DNA of 64,000 bases. Origin: the human T2T-CHM13v2.0 reference genome, Homo sapiens. Made by a program: the position numbers and the translations under genes. Location: NCBI RefSeq assembly GCF_009914755.1, contig NC_060925.1; one strand, 5' to 3'. Positions 28,901-47,674 of this stretch are shown here, piece by piece (positions within the stretch are counted from its first letter, which is position 1; each line of letters opens with the position of its first letter). The notes beneath the pieces are model-generated. The model was not told where the DNA came from. It ran no database searches and saw only the letters and a list, made by a program, of their open reading frames with translations.

Positions 28901-30873
28901 GCCATAAATTCAACACAGCCTAAAGAAAAAGAGTTTATAGTGCCAGTTTTTGTTTCTTAGTCAAAAAATCATTTTTACATATCCCTTCTATATCATTCCT
29001 AATTGTATTTTGTATTTCCCAATTCACTCTTGGTAACCTTCTTTGCCCTTCACATTGGATCAGATCAACAGATTTTGCTGACGGAATAAAAGTCACGTAA
29101 TCACATAAAAAGAAAACCTCAGGTTGAGCTCCATGAGGTCATTCACAGATGTCACCACTAGCAATAGGAGAAGAGGTTGTCTTGCAACTGTAAGAGTAGC
29201 CAGGGGAGTCTATGCCTGCTAAGAAGGCAAGAGGCAAGGGCTACTGGTAAGAGTGGCCTCTTCCTCTCAGGAAGTGACTTCAAACTATAGATATGGCAAA
29301 AGAAAGTGGTCCAGATCAGCAGTTTCTACCTAATATGCCAAGCATTTCCAAGGGGAGAGCCTCAGAAAACTCAATTGAAGTCTCGCATGGAGTGGACAGC
29401 CAAAGCCTTGGCATTGCAAGATATCAGAAGAAACAACCCATCAACCGGAGAAACATGTTGCCACCCTCCTGAGACTTTACATTTCACAAGACCTAACAGG
29501 CCATCCTAACTCCAATCAGGGGTTGCAGGGATAAGAAGGCTTTCATTCCCTGGGAGAGTTCTGGGACCAAGGACTCTTCTCTGACACCACCATTGTCTTT
29601 TGCTACTGGAGTCACCATTACAGCGTTCGCTTGCCTATGTATAGCTTATTACTTCAGGAAAATTATTTACAAAAAATAAAAGGCGTAAAATATAAGAAGG
29701 AAGTAGAGGGGAATAAGAAACTAAATACACCCAGTGCTACCCTCTATGAGAGTATAAAGGAAGAGGTAAATAAACCTCAACATGGAAAAACCTAAAGTCT
29801 TTTTTATTCTTGACAATTTGGCTTGAGAAAATTGAAATGCCCTTATAAACCAAAATTAACCCAATACTCTGGCTCTGACAGTGACATTAGCAGTGGTGTG
29901 ATGCAGCAGCTGGCTCACTCAGGCTGTCTAAGAACCACTTGTTAAAGTGTCAAGAGATTTGCGAGCTCATGTTAAACACAGCCATTTTAAAAATTAAATT
30001 ATATAAGCTTAAAATGAAATGCATTATATCAAAATGGAAAGATAATACTCAAAATTCTCACTACTTATTTTACTATATTTTACAATCATCTATGCTATCG
30101 ATGTTATAGACACGCATTTTATCTGTATGATGAAAATACTATAAAATTGTGTGCTGCTGTACTCCTCTTCCCAGTTCCTCTTTCAGTAACATCATGTTAG
30201 TAACTTGAAATCAGACATGGTATGAGTATTAATACTATGGAAATCAACAAAAGCTAAAAACCAGGGTTTTATTTATCTTTTTGATTGCCTGGGCTTAAGA
30301 AAGAGATGGATAAAATGTTAATAATGAAGATAAACTTAAAAATGTATATATCTGTAGCCATGCATTCTAAATAACACAAAATATCTGTTTAAAAATTTTT
30401 CCTCAATTTGAAAATCATTATTTGGCTCAGCAAAGAAGTCACTCATCATTAAATAAGTGACATTCCTACATAGTCCTGAAGCTGAAAGAGATTTTTACTT
30501 AATAAATGTAATTTGTATAAGGATGAGAAATAGTTTAATTATAAGACACATAACAAATGTAGTGATGATAGATTGTACTAGGAAAAGAGTTAGCAGATTG
30601 GAAAGAAATTTCATTTCTCAGGTAGCAGTTGCAATCGTAAGTTGGCTAAAGACACAAGAGTTCACCAAAAATCAGCAAAAGCATTCTTTAAGAATCAATT
30701 GGATATATGGAATTTACAATAAAATGTATTGTATATGTTATTATTTATAAATGTGTGCTACACATCTGTATATCTAATATTTATAATAAAGCATATAGAT
30801 ACATGTATGTATATAACACACACCTACATATACAGTCTGTATATATAGCATATATATAAACATACATATATAT

Positions 30874-30874
<1 letters not shown>

Positions 30875-30909
<35 letters not shown>
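30875..30909. repeat. (TG)n microsatellite
   Basis: TG run at the MER63/MST junction. Confidence 0.9.
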
Positions 30910-30912
<3 letters not shown>

Positions 30913-31314
30913 CGCCATAGTTTGAATGTGTCCCGCAAAAAGCATGTGTTGGAAACTTAATTTCCAATGCAACAGTGTTAAGAAGTGGGACCTTTAAGAG
31001 ATGACTAAGCCATGAGGGTTCTGCCTTCACTAATTGCTTAATGTTGTTATCATGAGAGTGGGTTTGTTACTGTGGGAGTGGTTTCCTTATAAAAGGACAA
31101 GTTTGGGCCCTTGTTGCTCTCTCTCTCTCTCTTGCTCTGTCTTGCCCTACTGCCTTCTGTCATGGGATGACACAGCAAGAAGGTCCTCACCAGATGCTAG
31201 AGCCAGGATGTTGGACATCCCAGACTCCAGAACTATGAGCCAATAAATTTTCATTCATTATAAATTACCTAGTCTCAGGTATTCTGTTATAGCAGCATGA
31301 AATGAACTAAGACT
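30913..31314 (+). mobile_element. MST (C/D-type) MaLR solo LTR
   Basis: gccatagtttgaatgtgtccc...actccagaactatgagccaataaa...ggtattctgttatagcagca...actaagac. Confidence 0.9.
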
Positions 31315-34300
31315 ATACGTATAGGTATATAGATATAGATACAAATATATAGATATCTTTTTAGTGTGATTAATATTTACCAGCACACCATTAGACATTA
31401 GACACAGGTATCCTACCATATTCAAAATTTATTTAAATAATTATGGAAATGTATATAAAGCAAAAGGATAAAAACAATGACAATAAAACCAAAATGAAGG
31501 GATAATCATGGTAGCATAGAAAGGGAAGACATGGATAAAGTTAACATACTAACACACATGCCCTGAGGTCTTGGATCACTGCTAAGGAGTAAACTGAGAA
31601 TACAACTCTACATGTAGAAAATTTAGTGATTAAAAAAGGAGATATATAAACTAACTTTGTCAGACTGGGTCGCAAAAACTTCTTGGCATTAAATATCTCT
31701 TGCTCACCACTGAACATCACTGGAGAAAGTAAAGAGCCATTCTCTGAATAGCCTGAAGCACAAGCGCTCAGGAACCCTTGGTGCTTCTATCATTTCTCTG
31801 GGTGATGCTTCTTGCTCTATTAGGTGAACAGATTAGTATTTCCGTGTTTCACTATACCACATTGAAGTGGTCCTTATGAAAGCCTAAGGCTTGATGGCTG
31901 AGCTATTAAGGTCTCTACTGAACTTCTAGTTTGTTTAATGAGTTCTTCACAGGGCACTCCAGAACGTTCCCGTCACTTCAGATAGTCCTGTCACCTAATT
32001 ATCACTCAAAAAGTTTGTTTGCTTAAGCAACCTTCTGGAACATAACAGTCTTCCCTTTCTTCCACTACTAATTAAATTTTACCAATCACTCAAGGCCCAA
32101 CAGAAGTCCCAGCTGTTCTATTATCCGACTCTATATCAGTTGATCGGAAAGCTTATCTATTTTCCATGAACAAATCTAAACATCTTCCTGGATACTTCCC
32201 ACCCAGAATTACTTGAGATTGGAGGCCTATTGGCAATAGGTACTCCTGGCTAACTGACTAAATGATGTAAATGCTTTATAGGCATAAAAAGGAAATCCGA
32301 GAACCAAGGCAAAATGTCGACTTTTAAATCGCAACCAGATCAACAAGGCAACTTTTAAAATCCTGACATACTTACGTTGCACAAATATTACAGTCAAAGC
32401 ACTGGGAACATTACATGGAATACACTTCCATTTAGGCATACTTTCTTTAAAAAATACATTGTATCTGAAAATAAAAACCTACTTCTCTCTTTTAGGAAAA
32501 GAACTGTATTAAGAAACATAGTTAGATGACTTCTCCTTTCAGGAACTTTGAGTAGATGTACTTTCCCTGTTTCTCCCACTAAGTACAACTAAAAGACCTG
32601 TACCATATACGTAAAATAAACATAAGAAAAAATGGAGGAGAGAAGGCAGACCACCTAGGGACTTCATGATGTGAGGAAACACAGTGGTGAGTTACCTGGT
32701 TTTCTTTTTAACCTCCTGTATACCAGACTTGGAGCTGTAAGAAGCTGGTAACCCAGAAATGAAAACAGGTACAGACAAAAAGAGCTCCAACAAATCCTCC
32801 ACCCTCTAGCCAAAGGATCAAGAAAGAGAAAGCCCAGCAAAAAAAAAAAAAAAAAAAATTTAGACAATAATCGTATTACTCCAGCCAAACACCACAGGAA
32901 AAATGGTGGCCCCACCATGTCTGTGCCAGAAAAGGTCAAGTGGAGAGCCCAGATTTCCACCCTTATGAGGCTATGGTGAAATACCCAATACTCTGCTAAG
33001 GTAACATTAAAGAAAGCCAAGTATGGAGACAGCATTTACATCTCTTCCAGCCAGTTACAGGGTCCCTTCCAATGGTGTCAGTGGGGATTATGTGGGGAGC
33101 TGGACCTCCCCGCCCAGCCAGCAATAACAAGGAACTTCCCTACTTTAGATGTCAACAAAGGCCAAATGGGAATCTGTACTTCTACCTCCACCTGACAATA
33201 ATGAGGTAACACTCCCCACCAATTATGGCAGTGTGCTACAGAGAAAGCCAATTAAAACTGAAGGTTTGAGTAATATCTAGTCTCACAACATAACACAAAA
33301 CTATCCAGATCTCAGTTAAAAAAAAAAAATCACTCACCACACCAAGAACCAGGAAAATCTCAAACTGAGTTTAATAAAAGACAATCAATAAATGCCAAAA
33401 CTGACATGGTAGAGATGCTAGACTTTTCTGACAAAGATTTTAAAGCAGCCATGATGAAAGTGCTACAATGATCATTTACGAAGATGTTTGAAAAAAATGA
33501 AAAAGTAAAATTAGCCAAATCTATAAAAGTATCAGCAAAGCAATAGAAGACATAATGAAGAACCAAATGGAAATTTTAGAATTCCAGAATACAATAAGCA
33601 AAATAAAAACTCAATAGATGAACTCAATAACAGCACAGAAGAAACAGAGGAAAGAATCTTTGAGCTAGAAGGTAGACCAATGGAAATTATTCAATCTTAA
33701 CAACAGAGAAAATAGAATTTTTAAAGAAATAAATAGAGCCTTGGGGGCCTGTGAGGCTGTAACAAAAGATCTAATCTGTCATTGAAGTCCTAAAAAGAAA
33801 AGAGAAAGAGGGCAGGTCTAAAGAAAGTACTCTAAGAAATAATGGCCAAAAACTTCCCTAATTTGGGAAGAGACATAAACCTATGGGTTCTTGGAAGGCC
33901 AAACAGAATAAATCCAACCAAATCAATATCAAAACACATCATAATTAAACTTCCAAATATAAAGACAAAGAAGAAAATCTTGAACATAGTCAGAGAAAAA
34001 CTACACCTGAGCAATAGGGGGAAAACAATTCTAAGAAAATAGATTTTTGATTAGAAAGCATGGAGACTAGAAAAAAGTGGCACAATGTTTTTTAAATGTT
34101 GAAAGAAAATAACTGTTAATACACAGTGAAAATATCCTTCAGGAATGAAGGAGGAATAATGACATTCTCAGATAAAGTAAAACCAAGAGAAACTATTGCC
34201 AGCAGATATACCCTAAAAGGAAGGCTAACCAAAGTTTTTAAACAGAAAATAAACAATAAAATAAAGAATTTTGGAATATAAGAAGGAATTAAGAAATGAG

Positions 34301-34709
34301 GCATATAAAAATATGAGTGAGTTCATTCAGCTTTTCTTCTGCTCTTGACTTTTCTAAATTACATTTGACTGTTGAAGCAATAATTATAACACTATCTTAT
34401 GTTATTCTAAATGTATATAAAGAAAATTCTTTATATAATTAAGTTATAAAGAGAAGAGGGTAAAGGGATGTAAAAGAGGTAAAGTCTCTGTACTTCACTT
34501 GAAATGGTAAACTAATGGCACTATTAGACTCTGATAAGTAATGTATATATAATGTAATACCCAGAGAAACCATTTGAATATTTATACAAAATGATACACT
34601 TAAGATCACTATAGATAAATCAAAATGAGATTCTAAAAAATATGTTCTAGTAATTCACAGGAAGTCAAGGAAAAAAGATTATAGAAAAGCAAAAAATAAA
34701 GTGAACATA

Positions 34710-35714
34710 ATTGTGAGACCTGAAACTATGAAAATGCTAGAAGAAAACCTGGCCATTGGCCTAGGCAAATAATTTATGACTAAGATCTGAAAAACAAATG
34801 CAACAAAAACAAAAATAGGCAAACGGGACTTGAACTAAAAAGCTTCTGCACAGCAAAATAAATTATCAACAGAGCGAACAAACAACCTTCAGAATGAGAG
34901 AAAATATTTGCAAACTATACATCTGACAAAGGACTAATATTCAGAATCTACAAGGAACTCAAATGTCTCAACAACAACAAAAAATACCAATAATCTCATT
35001 AAAAAGTAGGCAAAGGACATGAACAGACATTTTTCAAAAGAAGATATACAAATGGCCAACAAGCATATGAAAAGATGTTCAACATCACTAATCATCAGAG
35101 AAATGCAAATTAAAACCACAATGAGATACCATCTTTCACCAATCAGAATGGCTCTTATTAAAACGTCAAAAAATAACAGATGTTGGTGAGGATGTGGAGA
35201 AAAGGGAATGCTTATACACTGTTGGTGGGAAGGTAAATTGATACACCCTCTATAAAAAACAATATTGAGATTTCTCAAAGAACTAAAAACAGAACTAATA
35301 TTCAACCCAACAATCCTCCTGTGAATATCTACCCAAAGAGAAGGGTAGATATTCCATCATATCAAAAAGATACTGGCACTCATATGTTTATCTCGGCATT
35401 ATACATGACGGAACTGGAAGCCATTATCCGAAGTGAAATAACTCAGAAACAGAAAGTTAAATGCCATATGTTCTCATTTATAGGTGGGAGCTAAGTAATG
35501 TATACACATGGGCATGGAGAGTGGAATAATAGACACTGGAGACTTGGAGGTGTGGGAGGGTGGGAGAAGGCTGAAGGATGAAAAATGATGTAATGGGTAC
35601 AATGTACACTGTTTTGTTGATGGCTGCACTAAAAGCCCAGACTTCATCATTATGCAATATATCCATGTAACAAAACTGCACTTGTACCCCCTAAATCTAT
35701 AAAGATAATAAATC
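34710..35714 (+). mobile_element. 5'-truncated L1PB-type element
   Basis: ORF2 end plus 3'UTR aaaagcccagacttca...gtaccccctaaatctataaa; TSD aataaagtgaaca at 34695 and 35715. Confidence 0.9.
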
Positions 35715-35942
35715 AATAAAGTGAACAAACAGAAAACAAAAAATAAAAAGGCATATTTTAACCCTAATATATCGATAGTTACATCAAATATAAATTGGTC
35801 TATATATGCCAATTAAAAATAAAAGACAGTCATTGTCAAAGTGGATTAAAGAACTTAACCCAACTATGTGCCATCTACAAAAAAAAATACCACAAATATG
35901 TGACATAGGCAGGTTGAAAGTAAAAGGGTGGAAAAAGATATA

Positions 35943-36251
35943 ATACTTCCTTCTTATCCATAGGTTATACATTCCAACAGTGGATGCCTGAAACCATGGA
36001 TAGTACTGAAGCCCATATATACTATGTTTTTTCCTATACATACGTACATACCTATGATAAAGTTTAATTTATAAATTAGGCACAATAAGAAATTAACAAT
36101 ATTAACTAATAATGCAATAGAGCAATCGTAACAATATACTGTAGTAAAAGTTGTGTGTGTGTGTTCTCTCTCTCTCTTTCTCAAAATATCTTAATGTTTT
36201 CAGGCCATGGTTGCTCATGAATAACAACTCATGGATAAAGAGAGATTACTG
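35943..36251. mobile_element. MER44A-like Tigger-family MITE
   Basis: cttatcc...cagtggatgcctgaaaccatggatagtac...ggataaagagagattactg, flanked by TA. Confidence 0.8.
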
Positions 36252-36799
36252 TACATCATTCAAACATTAATCAAAGCAGGAGTGACTATATTAATATCAG
36301 ATAGTAGATTTCCAAACAAAGAAAATTACCATAGACAGAGCAGGATATTATATATTAGAAAAGGGTCAGTGAACCAAGAAGGTACAGCAATCTTAAATGT
36401 GCATGCAACCAACAATGAAGCTGGAAAATATGGGATGCGAAAACTGATGGAATTGAAAGGAGAAAAAGACAAGTTCACATAAAGTTACAGTTGAAAGTTT
36501 CAGCACCATCTGCTCAACAATTGACAGAAAATCAGCAAAACTACATAAGAATTCAACAAAACCATCTATTATGGATGGAATTGTGTTTCCCAAAAATTTG
36601 TATTTTGAAGGCTTAACCTCCAGAACCTTAGAATGTGACTATATTTGGATATTGGTTTTTTAAAGAGTTAATTGAAAAGAGGCTGTTAAGGTGGGCCTTA
36701 ATCCAATCTGATTGGTGTCCTTATAAGGAGAGACTAGGATATATAGAGTGAGACACACACCAGGGATGTGCGTGCACACAAAACAGGCCATGTGAGGAC

Positions 36800-36824
36800 C
36801 GTAGTATTAAGATATATAGGAAAC

Positions 36825-36868
<44 letters not shown>

Positions 36869-37670
36869 CATTATGATATATAGGAAACATATATAAGTAT
36901 GTAGGCTTTTTATGTGTTTTCATCCATGGGTCCTGGCTCATAACTCCCATATCCCTTGTTACTGTCTTTTGTTGTAATGTTGGGTGTGTTAGGCTTCAGA
37001 GGCAGGCCTCAGGAAATGGAACTTCTTGCCTGCCTTCCTTTCACCTGTCCCAATGTAGGACTGGAATCTTCCCCTACCTTTCTGATTGTGGGTCTTAAGA
37101 CCCTCCCCTGTGTGGGTCCCACCTTATACCCTGGGAGAAAGAAGGCTTCCATAAAAACCCAAGAGGCCTGGGTTGAGAAAACTTCTGGATAGCTGAACAT
37201 ATGGCGGTTCCTGGAGGGTAGCATACCCATGGAGGACAGGGAAGCTCCGTGACCTTTCCACCATATGTCACCCTATGCATCTCTTCATCTGTATCCTTTG
37301 TAATATCCTTTGTAATAAACTAGTAAACAAAAGTGTTTCCCTGAGTTGTGAGCCACTTCAGCAAATTAATTAAACTCAGAGTGGGTCATGAGAACCCCAA
37401 CTTGAAGCCAATTGGCCAGAACTTCTGGAGGCCCAGACTTGCAACTGGTATCTGTGGGTATGGGTGGCAGTCTTGGGGACTGAGACCCCAATGTGTGGAA
37501 TCTGACACTATCTCTGAGTAGGTTGTGTCAGGACTGAATGGGTGTCCACCGCTTGGTGTGTGGAGAAAAACCGACACACATCTGGTTTCAGAAGTCTTCT
37601 TCTATTTTGATGAATGCTGTGGTGTGAGAGTAGAGAAAAAACACATTTGGAGAGGGTTTTTCCCAATCCA
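36800..37670 (+). mobile_element. MER21-type LTR inserted in MLT1B
   Basis: cctggctcataactccc, ccctatgcatctcttcatctg, gcagtcttggggactgag; 4-bp TSD ggac at 36796 and 37671. Confidence 0.85.
36828..36867. repeat. (TG)20 microsatellite
   Basis: Perfect TG run. Confidence 0.97.
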
Positions 37671-38099
37671 GGACACAGAAATGAGGCAGCCACCTGCAAG
37701 CCAAAGAAAGAGGCATCAAGAGACACCAAACATGGCAGCACTTTGATCTTGGATTTCCAGCATCCAGAACTGTGAGAAAATAAACATCTGTTGTTTAAGC
37801 CACCTAGTCTGTGGTATTCTGTTATGGCAGACCAAGCAGACGAATGTACCATCAACCAACAAAATTTAACATTTATAAGACAATCCATCCAACAACAGAA
37901 GAATTCACATTTTTTAAGCATACAAGACCATATTTGGGGTTATTAAAAAAACAAATTTAAAAGATTTAAAATTATACAGTGTGTCCTCTGACCATAGTGG
38001 AATCAAGCTAGAAATCAACAAATAAAGAAGAAAATCTCCTAGCACTTGGAAAGTAAACAACATACTTCTAAATAATCCATGGGTCAAAAGGAGGTCTTA

Positions 38100-44203
<6,104 letters not shown>

Positions 44204-44359
44204 TTATGTTTAAATAATATTAGGGAGCCAAAATGATAGGGCAAAGATAATATAATTTTGGATTAAGAAGACATAGTGTCAAAGTAAGATGCTTTTAGTT
44301 TGAGGTTTTTTTGTTTGTTTGTTTGTTTAAGAAGTATAGTGAAAGTTCTTCCTTTACAC

Positions 44360-44568
44360 CAGTGATTCTCAAACCACAACATGTACTGTGTGTATGCATC
44401 ACAATCATGGGGAGCAATTTTTAAAACACAAACTGCTGGACCCAGACCCAAAAAGTTTCTGATTCAGTATGTCTCATGTTGGAAGGCAGCCTGAGAACTG
44501 ACATTTCTAGCAAGTTCCCAGGTGATGCTAATGCTACTTGTCCAGGAATCACACTTTGAGAACCACTG
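44360..44568. mobile_element. MER5A hAT MITE
   Basis: TIRs cagtgattctcaaa / tttgagaaccactg; degenerate 8-bp TSD ctttacac / ctttactg. Confidence 0.92.
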
Positions 44569-44681
44569 CTTTACTGCTTAGTAGCCCTGTGACCATAAGT
44601 ACACCACTTAATCATAAGTACACCACTTAATCTAAGTTTCAGCCCCGCTGGTGAAATTCATATGGCAATATCTACCCAAAC

Positions 44682-45315
44682 TGTCAGAGGCATTCGAACC
44701 TGAGCAACTCCATCTTGAATAGAGACTGGGTAAAATAAGGCTGAGACCTACTGGGCTGTATTCCCAGTAGGTTAGGGCATTCTAAGTCACAGGATGAGAT
44801 AGGAGGTTGGCACAAGATACAGGTAACAAAGACGTAGGTAATAAAACAGCATGTGGTAAAGAAGCTGACCAAAACCCACCAAAACAAAGTTGATGACAAC
44901 AGTGACCTCTGGTCATCCTCACTGCTCATTACACGCTAATTAAAATGCATTAGCATGCTAAAAGACACTACCACCCGCACCATGACAGTTTACAAGTGCC
45001 ATGGTAACGTCAAGAAATTACCCTATATGATCTAAAAAGGGGAGGAACCCTCAGTTCCAGGAATTGCCCACCCTTTTCCAAGAAACTCATGAATAATCCA
45101 CCCCTTGTTTAGCATATAATCAAGAAATAACTATATGTATCCTTAGTTGAGCAGCCCATGACACTGCTCTGCCTATGGCATAGCCATTCTTTATTCCTTT
45201 ACTTTCTTAGTAAACTTGCTTTCACTTTACTGTATGGACTCACCCCAACTTCTTTTTTGCATGAGATCCAAGAACCCTCTCTTGAAGTCTGAATCGGGAC
45301 CCCTTTCTGATAACA
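44682..45315 (+). mobile_element. MER41B ERV1 solo LTR, full length (634 bp)
   Basis: tgtcagaggcattcgaacctgagcaactccatcttgaatag...gacccctttctgataaca; TG...CA ends; 4-bp TSD aaac. Confidence 0.95.
45055..45084. promoter_or_regulatory. Tandem GAS (STAT) motifs in MER41B
   Basis: TTCCAGGAA at 45055-45063 and TTCCAAGAA at 45076-45084; both fit TTCNNNGAA. Activity not shown by sequence. Confidence 0.6.
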
Positions 45316-46648
45316 AAACTATACAAAACAGTACTTTGTAAGAATCAAAATAAGAAAATGTATGTGAAAACATTTTGTAAATTAGAATGCATTATATAAA
45401 TACATTCTATTATTCAAAACTATTTTTATAATGCATATTATATGCTGGCACTATGTTGTGAAATAAGAACAAATCAATCATTGGAGCTTATAGTCTGGTA
45501 TGGAAGATGAACATTAAACAGATCATTATTTAATTATCAATGTAAACAATGTTATTTGTCAATAATGAATATGTTTGAGAAAAGATTAACATTTTGAAAC
45601 TGAAAGCAATATAGTAAAAATATATGACTACAAAAATTAAATCAAGTAAATGACAAATAATGAGGCCATAGAAAGTTTAAAGATAAAGCCTTATCAACCC
45701 ATTGTCTATACTTGAGGGTACTGGATTCCTGCTATGGAAATTAGTTAAGAAAATAATCCCAAACCCTACTAAATTACTGTCAAGCAAGTCGAGTATGTTT
45801 TGTAGTATTTAGAGTGTATAAGGTCCAGCAATCAGATTCAGTATAAAAGGGCAATTGAATAGGGGAAATATATTCAATGTTCTTTCCAAGCACCTTCGGG
45901 AAGTGGTCCTAACCTTTCCCTTCTAGCTTTCAACAACACTTTGTGTTTTGCAAGTTACTAATCAGAGCATACTGCCTTTTATTAAATCTGACTGGTAATA
46001 AAATAGACGTTCTTCTTAATCAAGCCCACACTGTGGCTTAAATCACCTTTAGACCAAAATTTATTCTCCTGGGTGGGAGGCAAGCTCATCAGAAGGATCT
46101 CAAGGAGGATTATATCTGTGGGGGAGGATTTCAAAGCTTTCCCAAGCAGGCAGTGAATAGGGGCTCTGTCTGCCTTCCCAGAAATAGCCAGCAGGTTAGA
46201 AGAGTCCAATGCTACCCATCTGCCTTTGGTGACAAATTGGTGGTTTGCTCATAAACTTGAAAATCCAGCCAAACCAGTGCAGGGTTGGATCACAGGCTCC
46301 TTTTTGGCTCTGTTCTGGGCCCTTTTAAAATTAAAAATGTGTACTCTTTTTTCTGCTCAATATTTTAAAATGGCAAAATGTACGATTTCCTCAAAGAAGT
46401 TTCCATAAGCTCTTTAACGAAAAAGAGCTTTGTTTTTCAGAATTCACCCTCCAGGAAGAGGCCAAATTTCCAATATGAAAACAGAATTTACCCTTGCCAT
46501 TCCTATGTCTCATTTACTGCAGAGGGCAGGCCTACAAATCTGGATTAGACAGACCTTAGCAGGTGATGGGACAGCGTACACAGCTTTATTTAGTTTAACA
46601 TCTTGAATCCATCTTGGGACAGTTTATGCTTCAAAAGCAATCCCCCAA

Positions 46649-46803
46649 AGTTGGGCATGGTGGTACATGCCTGTAGTCCCAGCTACTTGGGAGGCCAATG
46701 CGGGAAAAATCACTTGAGGCCGGTTGGAGGCTATAGTGTGCTATTATCGTGCCTGTGAATAGCCACTGCATTCTAGCCTGGGAAACAGACTCATCTCTAA
46801 AAA
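46649..46803 (+). mobile_element. FAM fossil Alu monomer
   Basis: Monomer retaining the 7SL-like tgcctgtgaatagccactgca segment absent from dimeric Alus. Confidence 0.85.
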
Positions 46804-47184
46804 TCATAATAACATTTAATTTAAAACACACCTTCAAATAGTCCATTTAGCCACCATCTCTTTCTACTTTTCTTTGTATTTACTTTGTTGTTCCTAGTCC
46901 CCTTTCCTCTCTCCACCCTGGTTCTAGGAATTTAATTATGTATCTTGAAGTTTGAGACACCCTAGGGGATTCCCCACACCCAGTTCTCCATATATTTTCA
47001 TGCCTAGAATCACTCTCATTAGACTTCCCTCATATGTGTATCCTTCATTTGTGTTGGAAACTGCCTTCAAAATGAAGACCCTCCAGGTCTGCTCCCATAG
47101 GTAAGTGATGAGGACAGGTGGAGACAGATCAACAAGACAGCTGTGGGGGACTGGGTTGGGGGGGGTGGGGCTGCAGATTGAAAA

Positions 47185-47588
47185 CTATGATAGGCTGGAC
47201 TCCCTGGGGAATTCAGACTCTGACTCAGAGGTTTGTGTGAAGGAAGCTTAATGGTTAGAATGCTCAGGATCGACATTTATAGGAGAGTGAAGGAAGAAAG
47301 ACTGGGCAGAGGGAAAAGCTGGACAGTCACAACAAAGGAGCTGGAACGGCCCTGCACAGTCATCCCAAATTGGCATAAGGAGCCATGTCTTTGATCACCA
47401 CACTGCATTTGACTAGTCTCCAGATGCAGACTGCCCCAGGAAAGGCATTCTTGGTAGAGGCAGTTCTCTTCAGTGGAGGACAATCTCCAGAAGGGAACTC
47501 AGCCACCAACACTCTTAGCAGCTGAAGGAATGAGTATTTAAGTCTTGAAAGAGGAAGTCTGGGCAACACACCACAGAATCTGCTAAAA
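47185..47588 (-). mobile_element. LTR16-like ERVL LTR
   Basis: cagactctga...gactgggcagagggaaaagctg...aagtctgggcaacacaccacag. Confidence 0.7.
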
Positions 47589-47674
47589 AGACTAATGATC
47601 ATCCTGCCATTTTTATAACTTCCTACCAAGCAGCAGGGAGATCAGGGTCACTGTTATCATGGGAAATAGGGAGG

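Larger units (their letters stand above)
29891..31392 (+). mobile_element. Long MER63 (C/D-type) hAT element interrupted by an MST LTR
   Basis: TIRs cagtggtgtg... and ...ccagcacaccatt; internal ctcttcccagttcc...aacttgaaatcag shared with the MER63A at 6100. Confidence 0.8.
36567..37848 (+). mobile_element. MLT1B-type MaLR solo LTR split by MER21
   Basis: agaatgtgactatatttgga...; catccagaactgtgagaaaataaa...gttatggcag; 5-bp TSD ccatc at 36562 and 37849. Confidence 0.9.
32528..38098 (+). mobile_element. Old L1M: 5'UTR, ORF1 and ORF2 endonuclease remnants, fragmented by insertions
   Basis: ORF1-like MAKNFPNLGRDINL...HIIIKL (33842) and EN-like KAGVTILISD...ILNVHATN (36231); segments rejoin across the TSDs. 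Confidence 0.85.
44575..45415 (+). mobile_element. MIR split by MER41B
   Basis: ctgtgacc...ccacttaatctaagtttcag before the LTR; gtaagaatcaaaataagaaaatgtatgtgaaaacattttgtaaa after it. Confidence 0.65.

Noticed and set aside
46649-46803. 7SL RNA gene
   Set aside because: It lacks the central S domain and is diverged; it is a FAM monomer.
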